The position numbers and the translations under genes were made by a program. Below the pieces are notes generated by a model that was not told the origin of the DNA, made no database searches, and saw only the letters and a list, made by a program, of their open reading frames with translations. From Eledone cirrhosa (Eukaryota): a stretch of DNA of 64,000 nt. The DNA lies in the NCBI GenBank assembly GCA_964016885.1, contig OZ024741.1:160022001-160086000 (forward strand), given 5' to 3'. Shown here piece by piece: positions 11,213-22,621 of this stretch. Each line of letters starts with the position of its first letter. Position 1 is the first letter of the stretch.

Positions 11213-14200
11213 CAAATCCTTTTTACCTCCCACTTTAAGTCCTGGTATCGGTTAATTTTCTCCATCTCCTTCTCTTGCACTCTCGTGTCGAATGGGCAGT
11301 CCACATCCACAATCAGGCACGATCTTTTTTCTTCGTCCAAAACCACCAGGTCAGGTCTATTGTGTTCCAGTTTCTTGTCCGTCTGTATCCTAAAATCCCA
11401 CAGCACCTTCACGTGATCGTTTTCTATCACCGACTCTGGCTTATGCTCATACCACTTCTCAGAATGTGGTAAATTGTTTACTTTGCATAGGTGCCAGTGG
11501 ATCACCCTGCCCATCACATCATGTCTCCAGCTCTTATAGTGAGTCTGGGATAGGTGTTTACACTCGGATACAATGTGAGAAACAGTCTCCTCTCTCTCTC
11601 CACAGATCATGCACAGTGGGCTAGCCTCCTCCTTGTAAATATGGTGTTTCAACCACTTCGTTTTGAGGGCCTGCTCTTGCGCAGCCATTAACATTCCTTC
11701 TGTAGCCTTTTTAAGGTCTCCTCTTTTCAACCAGTTCCATGTCTGTGGATCTCTGAATTCAGTTTTCTCAAAGAAGGTACTATGAAGGGATTTTTCATGA
11801 ACGCTGTTCTTTATCCTTGTTGTTATTTCCTCTTTGGACATCCCCTGGTCTATTGTCCTCTCCTTCAGTACAATTCTGAGCATTGGCTCCTTACTATCAG
11901 TCACGTATTTGTGTAGGTTGTTTTTCTCCATCTGAACACAGTCCTCTATACTGATAAGACCTCTTCCATCTTCAGATCTCCTTAAGTAGAGTCTATCGAT
12001 ATCACTCCTCTTGTGGAACATGTTGTAGATAGTGAATAAGCTTCCTAGTCTTCCTATCCATTTCTTTTTGTTCAGCAACATTCCATTTCAGAATTCCCGC
12101 ACTGTACCTAATAATAGACACAGCTCGGGAATTTACTGCACTTATGGCATTCCTACTGTTCAGATGTGACTTTAACACGCTCCTTACTCTCCGAATGTAT
12201 TCAGATCTTATCAATTCCTTCATTTTTGGGTTCTTGATGTCATCAGCCTCCAGAACACCCAAATACTTGTATTCTTCTTCAGTGTCAATTTCCTTTATCA
12301 TCTCACCTGTTGGTACCTGGATTCCGTTGCTTCTGCTCAATTTACACCTCTTCACCACAAAGACTCCACACTTACTAATACCAAATTGCATACATATATC
12401 ATTGCTGAAAATACGGACAGTGTCAACAAGCACATCCAACTCCTTCTCACTCTTCCCGAAGAGCTTAAGATCGTCCATGAAGAGGAGGTGATTGATGGTA
12501 AGCTCTCCCTTTTCCAACTTGTATCCTGCTCTCACATTTCGCAGTATAATGGTCAGGGGCATCAGGGCAAGGACAAACAACAGAGGGGACAGACTATCTC
12601 CCTGGAAGATACCTCTCTTGATCTTCACGCCTCCCAAGGATTCTCCAGCTGATGTTAATTCTGTTTTCCAGGACTTCATACTTTTGCCCAACACCTGTCT
12701 GATGTTATCTGCCACCTTGAAGATCTCTAGGCTTTTGGTGATCCAAGAATGATGCACCATGTCAAATGCCTTTTTGTAGTCTATCCATCCCATGGCAAGA
12801 CCAGTGTGTCTCCTCTTGCAATTCCTCATTACCAACTTATCAATAAGTAACTGGTCCTTTGTACCACGGGACTTCTTTCAGCATCCTTTCTGTTCGTCCG
12901 GTAACAAGTTGTTTGTGTGGAGGTGATGGTAGATTTCCTCAGACATAATGCTTGTCAACAGTTTCCACACTACGGACAGATATGTGATAGGTCTATAGTT
13001 GGTAACATCATTACCCTTGATTCGGTCTTTCATTACCAGAACTGTGGTACCTTTTGTCAACCACTCTGGTACCTCACCTGACATCAAGCAGTCATTGAAC
13101 ATGGTTGTCAGTTTCGGGTGGAGGGATGTTATATTTTTAATCCAATACCCCTGCACACCATCTGGGCCTAGTGATTTCCAGTTGGTTAGTTTTTTAGCCT
13201 GCCCCTTAAGAGTTTCAACTGTGATACTCAAATCAGTTTGTTGGTGTTCCTGTTAACTGATCTCCTTCTGTACTGTCTCAATCCACACTGCCTGGTCATT
13301 ATGTTTAACATCCTGCTCCCATATTCCTCTCCAGAATGTTTTAGTTTGTTCCGCCTCAGGAATCAAGTCGTTGCCTCTTTCTTTCCCTTCAAGCTGTCCA
13401 AACAGCATCTTCTGGTTGTTGTCGAACATGCGGTTCTGTCTATACTGACTGACTCTGTTCTCGTATCCCCTGATTTTTGCACTCTTTGCTACAATGCGTT
13501 GCTTCAGTTCCTCTGTGGTAATATTTAGCTTTTTCCTCCTAGTTTTGTACTTTATTTCCAGTCTATTTTTAGTGTCTATGTTTTTTAGTGTCCCATTCAG
13601 TAGTGACTCAAGCTTTCCAATGTCATTTCTCATTTCCCTGATTTGACCACTCAGTCATTTCTTCCACCAAGGCTCTGCTCTTTCTTGTCTGTTGTTTCCT
13701 CTCGCTTTTATACCAAGTAGTTTCCTCACCGTATTTGCTGTTGCTTTGAGGATATTGTTGCACTGGTGAAGGCTCCTCGCCTCAATGTATGGGATGACTT
13801 TGTTTACCTTAGCTGTTGTTTCTTTTAATTTTTTCTGTCTACAAATCTTAGGTTCATTCGTCTCCCACTATCATTGTTCAATTCATCTACCACTAAGTTT
13901 AGGATATCTACCAAATCTTGTCCTAGCCCGTCAGCATTCATCTCCTCAGTGGCCGTATCTCTGTTCCAGGTATTATTTATCTCAGCATTCAGATCATTGT
14001 CTGCTTCGGGTGGTTCCTCCGTGCTCTCGACCTCTTCACCTTCATTTCCCACTGGCTCGTTTGCCTGGCATACTCCACCCTCCATCTCCAATCTAATCTC
14101 TCTGCTCAGTTCCCCCAGTTCCAGCTCGCTTATCCACCCATTAGTTCTTATTACCCGAGCCTGCCCGGCCAATTTTTGTTCATCTAATTTAAATGGACCA

Positions 14201-14487
14201 ATCTCGTTCCAGATGTTATGCATCCGTTTCCTATAGCCTTTCTCCTTGGGGTTACTCTTCAGGTAACATTGCATAACAGTTCTATTCAATTCTTTCGTCC
14301 AGTTGGTTCTGGTCCCTTTCCTTCTTCTTCTTCCTCCGACACCAGCAGTATTTGGTTGACAGCCAGGTCCCTGCTGCTGAGCCAGGGAGCACCTGTTGGG
14401 TGAGAGTCTGTCACATGACATTCTAGTCTTCATTTCACCGTTATTCGAACTGTTTTTTGGTTCGACATTTAAACACTCTTATCGAGG
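11212..14487 (-). mobile_element. R4/Dong-like RLE non-LTR retrotransposon, family A (5' end present, 3' end lost)
   Basis: N-terminal NWTKELN..MQCY..GYRKRMHNIW; RT motifs WIDYKKAFD, GIFQGDSLSP, LLFMDDLK; CMICGEREETVSHIVSEC; RPDLVV..D..K RLE motif; several frameshifts and stops. Confidence 0.93.
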
Positions 14488-14505
14488 ATTATTATTATTA
14501 TTATT

Positions 14506-17164
14506 TGCATTTATCTTGCTTTATGTTTATACGAGTTATCACCAAGTCACAACCAGTGACCTCAAGAGACAACAAGGTCCGCCATGTTCAAGAAAGAACA
14601 TACATATTCACACATGCATCCTTAGTGTTTAGACTTGTGATGTACTTATATTGACAGGATCTTCCTTAGTATATGGGCAGTTCCCATTAGTACTATCTTT
14701 TGTATTTCTCCTATACGCGGGTTTCCTGGGATTTGCGATAAGTAGTCGTTAGACCCCTTAGGTATCATTCCCAGAGCGCCTACAACCACTGGTATTGTTT
14801 TAGTTCTCAATTTCCACATGTTTCCAATTTCTATCTCCAGGTCCTTATACTTGCTCAATTTTTCAAATGTTTTTATAGATACATTCTTGTCTATTGGAAC
14901 AGACATATCAATTAGCAGGCATACCCTCCTTTGAAAGTCCTTCAATATTATATCAGGTCTATTTGCATCTATTTTTCGGTCTGTTTGGATGCTAAAGTTC
15001 CACAAGATTGAGATGTGATCTTTTTCAAGTATGGGAGGTGGTTGATGCTCCCACCAATTCTTTTGATGGGGCAGGTCAAAATGCTTACACATTATCCAAT
15101 GTATGTATTGTGCAGCTCTGTCATGCCTGTTTAGGTATTCGGTTGGAGCTATAGGACTGCACATTGAAATTATATGGTCAATGGTCTCTGGTTGTTTTTT
15201 GCATACACGGCATAATGGGCTGCACCCATTTTTTATTATGTTGGCTTGGTAATTTTTTGTTGGCAGACACTGATCTTGTGCCGATATAATCAGTCCTTCA
15301 GTCTCCGATTTCAGTCCAGAGGATGCCAACCACTGATGGGTTAAAGTTTTGTCAACATCAGGATTGTTAGCTCGCTCTGGGTATTTTCCATACAGAGGCT
15401 TTTCTTGCCATTTCTTAGCCAGTTTCTGTAGCAGTTCTTTCTTTGCAGTTACTTTTACCTGCTTTGCTTTTTCTGTGTTTTCCATTTCAGCAGTAAATGG
15501 GACTTCTGAAATTTGTAGTCCATTACTGTATCTTTGTGCATCTTTTGTAATGGAGTATGATCTTTTGGTGCTTTCGTGTTTCAAAACGTGTTTGATCATC
15601 CAATCATGTGATTCCCTTAGATATGTGGACAATCCAATTGTTGCAGTTTTCAACGCAATGTCTAACTGGATTAACCCACGTCCTCCTTCTTTCCTAGGGA
15701 GATATATTCTATCTATGTCTGCCTTAGGGTGATGCATTCTGTGCATGGTTAAGAATTTTCGGATTTTTGTATCGAGCCTACGGATCTCTGTGCTTGACCA
15801 GTTGATGACATTGTAACTGTAGGTTACTACTGGTATGGCAAGCGTGTTTATGGCATCGATCCTATTCCTTGCATTCAATTCCGTTCTTAAGATTGCTCTG
15901 ACTCTGCGGTAACATTCCTTCCTTATCCTTTCCCTCATTGTCGAGTGCTTGATTCCGTCTCCTTCACAAACACCTAGATATTTGTAAGTTTTTTCTTGAT
16001 CAAGCTCTCTTATCACGTTCCCCCGATCAAGATTAATGTCTGAACTCTTCAGCAGCTTTCCTCTGGTGAACGTTGCTTTGGCGCATTTATCCAGTCCAAA
16101 CTCCATTTTAATGTCATCACCTAACTGCTTCACAGTGGATAATAGCCCTTGCAATTGTTCATCATTTTTTGCAAATAGTTTCAGGTCATCCATGTAGAAC
16201 AGGTGATTAATGGTTTTGTCATAGACTCTATATCCATGTTTTGTTTCATTGAGCATTTTACTTAATGGTATAAGTGCGATGCAGAATAAAAGCGGTGATA
16301 AAGAGTCACCCTGAAAAATTCCACAATTAATGTTAACTTCTCCAGCTTCCAGTGATTTTGTTTCACTATTCAAAAGGAGTGTCGTTCTCCATGTCCTCAT
16401 ACTGAATGACAAAAACCTCCTGATAACGGGGGATATTTTGAAAATCTCTAAACATTTTTCAATCCAACTGTGTGGCAAACTATCGAATGCTTTTTTATAA
16501 TCTATCCAAGCAATCGATAGATTTTTGTGTCTATTATGACAATCTTCCAGTATCATTTTGTTAACCAGAAGCTGATCCTTACAGCCATATGAGCCTCGTT
16601 TACACCCTTTCTGCTCAATGGGAAATAGGTCATTTGTTATCAGGTGGTCATATGTGTATTCAGTTAGGACTGATGTTAAAATTTTATACATTGTGGTCAA
16701 GCAGGTTATCGGTCTGTAATTTTTGGGATTGTTTGTCTCATCATTCTTCGGTAGCAGGAATGTAATGCCGTTAACTAGCCATGATGGTATCTTTTCTGGC
16801 TCCTTAACTATTTCATTGTAAAGTTGGGCTAACAGCTCATGAGACTCTGTGAAGGCATTTATCCAAAAGTTTTGTATTTTGTCTTTTCCTGGGGATTTCC
16901 ATTTGCTGGTTTTTCTTAGAGCCAAGCGCAGCTGTTCAACTGTTATATTTTCCCATGTTTGTTCTTCAAGGTGAGCTGTTTCTTTCATTTGTCTGTCTAT
17001 CCATGGGGCATGTATGTTATGAACTTTTTCTTCGGCCCAGATCTTTTCCCAGAATTCTTGCACTTCCTCCTTGGGTGGTATTGATTTAGCAGTTATTGTT
17101 GACTTACCAATTTTTCTGTAGAAGTTTCTTTGGTTGTTTTTGAACATATTATTGTCCTTATAGA

Positions 17165-17165
<1 letters not shown>
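14506..17165 (-). mobile_element. R4/Dong-like element family B, 5'-truncated, bounded by (TAA)n on both sides
   Basis: Contains the 833-aa ORF; a ~140-nt 3' UTR ends GATAAATGCAA(ATA)n at 14488-14505; TAA tract at 17165-17214. Confidence 0.95.
14646..17147 (-). CDS. Reverse transcriptase + CCHC zinc finger + restriction-like endonuclease (R4/Dong-like), uninterrupted 833 aa but N-terminally truncated
   Basis: Motifs KSPGKD, YRPITCL, WIDYKKAFDS, GIFQGDSLSP, FYMDDLK, CRVC..ETIDHIISMC, RHD, RPDIIL..LIDMSVP and KLSKYKDL. Confidence 0.95.
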   Translation of the reverse strand: MFKNNQRNFYRKIGKSTITAKSIPPKEEVQEFWEKIWAEEKVHNIHAPWIDRQMKETAHLEEQTWENITVEQLRLALRKTSKWKSPGKDKIQNFWINAFTESHELLAQLYNEIVKEPEKIPSWLVNGITFLLPKNDETNNPKNYRPITCLTTMYKILTSVLTEYTYDHLITNDLFPIEQKGCKRGSYGCKDQLLVNKMILEDCHNRHKNLSIAWIDYKKAFDSLPHSWIEKCLEIFKISPVIRRFLSFSMRTWRTTLLLNSETKSLEAGEVNINCGIFQGDSLSPLLFCIALIPLSKMLNETKHGYRVYDKTINHLFYMDDLKLFAKNDEQLQGLLSTVKQLGDDIKMEFGLDKCAKATFTRGKLLKSSDINLDRGNVIRELDQEKTYKYLGVCEGDGIKHSTMRERIRKECYRRVRAILRTELNARNRIDAINTLAIPVVTYSYNVINWSSTEIRRLDTKIRKFLTMHRMHHPKADIDRIYLPRKEGGRGLIQLDIALKTATIGLSTYLRESHDWMIKHVLKHESTKRSYSITKDAQRYSNGLQISEVPFTAEMENTEKAKQVKVTAKKELLQKLAKKWQEKPLYGKYPERANNPDVDKTLTHQWLASSGLKSETEGLIISAQDQCLPTKNYQANIIKNGCSPLCRVCKKQPETIDHIISMCSPIAPTEYLNRHDRAAQYIHWIMCKHFDLPHQKNWWEHQPPPILEKDHISILWNFSIQTDRKIDANRPDIILKDFQRRVCLLIDMSVPIDKNVSIKTFEKLSKYKDLEIEIGNMWKLRTKTIPVVVGALGMIPKGSNDYLSQIPGNPRIGEIQKIVLMGTAHILRKILSI

Positions 17166-17214
<49 letters not shown>

Positions 17215-17215
<1 letters not shown>

Positions 17216-17403
17216 AATGTTTCTACTTTTGGCACAAGACCAGCAACTACCAGTGTATTACTGGTACTTTATTTTATCGACCCCGTAAGGATGAAATGCA
17301 AAGTTAACCTTGGCGGGATTTGAACTTAGAATGGCAAGGGCAGTAACTCTATGCGTCAAAGCATGGCGTCCGAGCCTCAACCGATACTGCCAATCCCCCG
17401 CCT
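17215..17403 (-). mobile_element. tRNA-derived SINE family 1, full length
   Basis: Same consensus as the other copies; lies between (TTA)n and (TAA)n tracts. Confidence 0.9.
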
Positions 17404-17405
17404 TT

Positions 17406-17447
<42 letters not shown>

Positions 17448-17448
17448 C

Positions 17449-19255
17449 ACTGGAAGCTGGAGAAGTTAATATTAATTGTGGAATTTTTCAGGGTGATTCT
17501 TTATCACCGCTTTTATTCTGCATCCCACTTATACCATTAAGTAAAATGCTAAATGAAATGGATATAAAGTCTATGATAAAACCATTAATCACTTGTTCTA
17601 CATGGATGACCTGAAACTATTTGCAAAAAATGATGAACAATTGCAAGGGCTATTATCCACTGTGGAGAAGTTCAGTGATGACATTAAAATGCGCCAAAGC
17701 AACGTTCACCAGAGGAAAGCTGCTGAAAAGTTCAGACATTAATCTTGATCGAGGGAATGTGATAAGAGAACTTGATCAAGAAGAAACTTACAGATATCTA
17801 GGTGTTTGTGAAGGAAACGGAATCAAGATCTCGACAATGAGGGAAAGGATAAGGAAGGAATGTTACCGCAGAGTAAGAGCAATCTTAAGAACGGAATCGA
17901 ATGCAAGGAATAGGATCGTTGCCATAAACAGGCTCGCCATACCAGTAGTAACCTACAGTTACAATGTCATAAACTGGTCAAGCACAGAGATCCGTAGGCT
18001 CGATACAAAAATGAGAAAATTCTTAACCATGCACAGAATACATCACCCTAAGGCAGATACAGATAGAATATATCTCCCTAGGAAATAAGGAGGACGTGGG
18101 TTAATCCAGTTAGATATTGCGTTGAAAACTGCAACAATTGGATTATCTACATATCTAAGGGAATCACATGATTGAATGATCAAACTCGTTTTGAAACACG
18201 AAAGCATCAAAAGATCATACCTCATTACAAAAGATGCACAAAGATACAGTAATGGACTACAAATTTCAGAAGTCCCATTTACTGCTGAAATGGAAAACAC
18301 AGAAAAAGCAAAGAAAGAACTGCTACAGAAACTGGCTAAGAAATGGCAAGAAAAGCCTCTGTATAGAAAATATCCAGAAAGAGCTAACAATTCTGATGTT
18401 GACAAAACTTTAACCCATCAGTGGTTGGCATACTCTGGACTGAAATCGGATACTGAAGGACTGATTATATCAGCACAAGATCAGTGTCTGCCAACAAAAT
18501 ATTACCAAGCCAACATAATAAAAAAAATGGATGCAACCCATTATGCCGTGTATGTAAAAAAACAACCAGAGACCATTGATCATATAATTTCAATGTGCAG
18601 TCCTATTGCTCCAACCGAATACCTAAGCATGCATGATAGAGCTGCACAATACATACATTGGATAATGTGTAAGCATTTTGATCTGCCCATCAAAAGAATT
18701 GGTGGGAGAATCAACCACCTCCCATACTTGAAAAAGATCACATCTCAATCTTGTGGAACTTTAGCATCCAAACAGACCGAACAATAGATGCAAATAGACC
18801 TGATATAATACTGAAGGACTTTAAAAAGAGGGTATGCCTGCTAATTGATATGTCCGTTCCAATAGACAAGAATGTATCTATAAAAACATTTGAAAAATTG
18901 AGCAAGTATAAGGACCTGGAGATAGAAATTGGAAAAATGTGGAAATTAAGAACTAAAACAATACCAGTGGTTGTAGGCGCTTTAGGAATGATACCTAAGG
19001 AGTCTAATGATTACTTATCGCAAATCCCAGGAAACCCGCGTATAGGAGAAATACAAAAGATAGTACTAATGGGAACTGCCCATACACTAAGGAAGATTCT
19101 GTCAATATAAGTACATCACAAGTCTAAACACCTAAAGATGCATGTGTGAGAATGTATGTTCTTTCTTGAACATGGCGGACCTTGTTGTCTCTTGAGGTCA
19201 CTGGTTGTGACTTGGTGATAACTCGTATGAACATAAAGCAAGATAAATGCAACTG
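17449..19255 (+). mobile_element. R4/Dong-like family B, second copy, opposite orientation, degenerate
   Basis: Highly similar to the reverse complement of 14506-16352, with stops and small deletions; starts after (TAA)n and ends in the same 3' UTR followed by TAATAATAAT. Confidence 0.93.
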
Positions 19256-19261
19256 TAATAA

Positions 19262-19548
19262 TAATTGTCTCTACTTTTGGCACAAGGCCAGCAATTATCC
19301 AGTACATTACTGGTACTTTATTTATCGACCCCGTAAGGATGAAAGGCAAAGTTAATATTCGGCGGGATTTAAACTCAGAATGGCAAGGGCCGTAACTCTA
19401 TGCGTCAAAGCATGGCGTCCTACCCTCTACCGATACTGCCAATAATAATAATAATAATTGTTTCTACTTTAGGCACAAGGTCAGCAATTACCCAGTGCAT
19501 TACTGGTACTTTATTTTATCGACCACGTAAGGATGAAAAGCAAAGTCA
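19262..19548 (-). mobile_element. Two adjacent SINE family 1 copies (one near full length, one 5'-truncated) separated by (TAA)n
   Basis: SINE consensus at 19262-19441 and 19458-19548. Confidence 0.88.
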
Positions 19549-20317
19549 TGGGATATATTTATATATATACACGTGTGTGTCTATGTATGTATGTATGTAT
19601 GTATGTATGTATGTATGTATGTATGTATGTATGTATGTATGTATGTATGTATGTATGCATGTATTATGTGTGTATAAAAGTGTGTGCGTTATATCACAGA
19701 TTTGCTTCATAAAATATATTACAGCGTGGGAATATCAGACAGCTTCAGAACTAAATTCACATAGTTATATAACTGACATCATAAACACAACACCAATCAC
19801 ATCAAATGTTATCAACCGCACCATCACTACAGCTAATACCACCACCACCACCACTACCACCACTACCGCCATCATTATTATCACCACCACCACTACGGCC
19901 ATCATTATTATCACCACCACCACCACCACTGTCACCACCATCAGTATCCTCACTACGAGCTAGCTGGCTTTTGATCAGATGTCTACTCATTCATGGCTGA
20001 CCTGAGGCTAAACGAAAACATGAAAGATGAACACTGTATTCCTAGATACACAAGGTCTTAATATATGACGAGATGGTCTCAGTTGGAAGGCCTGATCTAA
20101 GACAGAATAGCAACAACAATAGCTACCATCACCATCACCGCCACCACCACCACAACAACAACATCTGCAACAAAAATAACAACAGCTATAACAACAACAA
20201 TAGTTACAACCACAACAGCAGGGAGAAATGAAACAAACAAAAGATATTTTTAATAGCTCACCTGATGCGTGTTTACACCTGACACCATGTTGATTTTTAC
20301 TGTTTATAATAAAAGAA

Positions 20318-20397
<80 letters not shown>

Positions 20398-20759
20398 ATA
20401 TATACACACATACACTCAAGTAAATACACACATATACACATATACACATACACATACATCTACAGAAAACAAATAACTGAAAGACTAATGACATGAAATA
20501 AAATGGGCTTTTCACTGCTGGAACGCATTTGCTTATAGATCAGCTCGATCAAAAAGGATTCCGGAACTAGCAACTTGATAAAAGTAACAACAAAATCTGC
20601 CCAATTAACAACTAATATCTTACAAAAAATGACAGTGTACAATGAAATCCTAGATAAAAAATGAAAAAAATGAGTTCTGCATGGTTTGAAGGTTTTTCAC
20701 CCCGGTTTAGTTGTGCTAGATCTGGGATAAACAGATAACTATAGACAACAATACATATA

Positions 20760-21110
20760 GAAGTAACGAGATCATTAAGTATAACGTGAACACTGCTAGC
20801 TTTCTTTCACAGCTCGAGTCGATATGATTGGACCGAGGGGCAGGTAAAAGGCCAGATGGAATCATGATTGGTGGTAAGCCCCTCATCTGGGTCACCAGTA
20901 TAGTGCCACATTTCCAGCTTATTCGGCAATAAACCCAGGTTAGTTGCCTGTCAGGCTGAAGATCGCTGTTGAAGAATTGGCCGTTTCTGATAGGTTTGTC
21001 GTTAAACCTTTAGTGGTGAAGGTTTCCGGCATTCTGCAGCTCGAACAACGTCTGGGACAACGCTTTCAGAATTCTGTTACTTGGGACCACGGGTCGGCTT
21101 GTACCTGGGA
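20760..21110 (+). pseudogene. Degenerate CRE-clade RLE domain fragment
   Basis: LDRGAGKRPDGIMIGGKPLIW and SDRFVVKPLVVKVSGIL resemble the CRE-like motifs GKRPDG..L.WD and F.P.AVET.G. Confidence 0.6.
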
Positions 21111-21289
21111 CTCTGCAAGTTAAAGAGCGTTCTCGCACACTGTCAAAATTCGTATAATTGGAGCAGCGAAGACAGTGTATTCTTTAACATGATTTATATG
21201 TGCTTTCGTTAAATAATAGCGACATATGTTTATATATATATGTGTGTATAAACGACAAAACATCATACTGAAGTCATAACTATCAGCTT

Positions 21290-21690
21290 TCTCCAAGTAC
21301 CGGTCGCTCTCCGACAGGTTTGCGGTCGTGCCCTTAGTAGTGGAGACTTCTAGTGTTCTTGGTACTAGGGCTACCTCCCTACTCACCACCATAGCCACTG
21401 ATCTGGCCAGCCGCAGGTGTGAGCCTCGTGAGATGGAATGACTCTTCCAGCGCATCTCCCTTACCACCCTCCGGGGAAAGGCCTTCTCCATTCTGTCCAC
21501 CGGAGTTGGGGGGCGTGGGACCCCATTTGCTTACTATACAGAGATATGGGAAGGGCGAGAGATAGGGGAGCGATGACAGTGGGAGTTTGGCTCTTCCGTA
21601 TTCGGACACATTGCACCTGCCAAGAGTGTATTTTATTATTTACACATCTTCCTGTTTATTGTCATACTATCAGCTTGTTTCCTTAACATA
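21290..21690 (+). mobile_element. CRE-clade non-LTR element 3' fragment
   Basis: SKYRSLSDRFAVVPLVVETSSVLG..EPREME*LFQRISLTTLRGKAFSIL matches the CRE C-terminal pattern. Confidence 0.7.
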
Positions 21691-22073
21691 TATTTAGTAA
21701 ATACTACACACACACACACACACGCACACACTTGCATACACACGCTCACGCACATTCATAGGCAAAGAGGTGGTGACACATGTTATCGAAATTTCCAAGG
21801 TGTCAATAATATACAATGTATTGTCAAACGTATAATTGAATATTTCAATACAGGTAAAACATGCACGCCTTTGAAACACGCAAACACACACACATGCATG
21901 CACACACACACATATGCATGCACAGCACACGTACGCACGCACACATTTACATATATAATATTGGTATTCATACATATGTGCGAATATATGCATATATATA
22001 TGTACATACATGCATACATTCATGCATATATACATACATATTTATGTACATGCATAAATATATACATATATAT

Positions 22074-22270
22074 AACGAAGGAATTGTGGTAAGGAACCAG
22101 ATGGACCAATTACGCACCAAAGTACTCAATACTTAGGGTAGTAGAGTGGGAAATAGGAAAAAGTATGACCTCGACGGCAGTGCTCAAGCCGTTTCGACGG
22201 CTATTTCTTGTCCAGAAATAGCCGTCGAAACGGCTTGAGCTCTGCTGTCGGGGTCATACTTGTTCCTATA
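22074..22270. repeat. Short hairpin-containing dispersed repeat between microsatellites (copy 1)
   Basis: ~56-bp inverted arms at 22153-22208 and 22214-22269; related to 28068-28259 and 58500-58618. Confidence 0.8.
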
Positions 22271-22271
22271 C

Positions 22272-22319
<48 letters not shown>

Positions 22320-22621
22320 ATACATGCATATTCACATGCAAATATATATATATATATACATTTAAATATATATAATTTTCTGAACCTGTGTCCAATCGGT
22401 TGACGGTATTTTGACGACGCGTAGGGATTTTAGTTACTAACGTACTACTGTGTCGCCTGTCGCATTTACTGTCATAGGTGGCAGGGGCTGGAATCGAATT
22501 CTGTCGATCGATTGCTTATTGATTAGGCGAGACGCGCTGATGAAGTCACATACGCCGATTGTTGCATAACAAATGCAGACAATAGATGCTGTACACTCTC
22601 TTGCTGAATTAAGTGTGACCG

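Noticed and set aside
14506-19255. A single giant inverted duplication or TIR element
   Set aside because: The two copies have different 5' truncation points, their own TAA tails and independent mutations, so they are separate insertions of one family.
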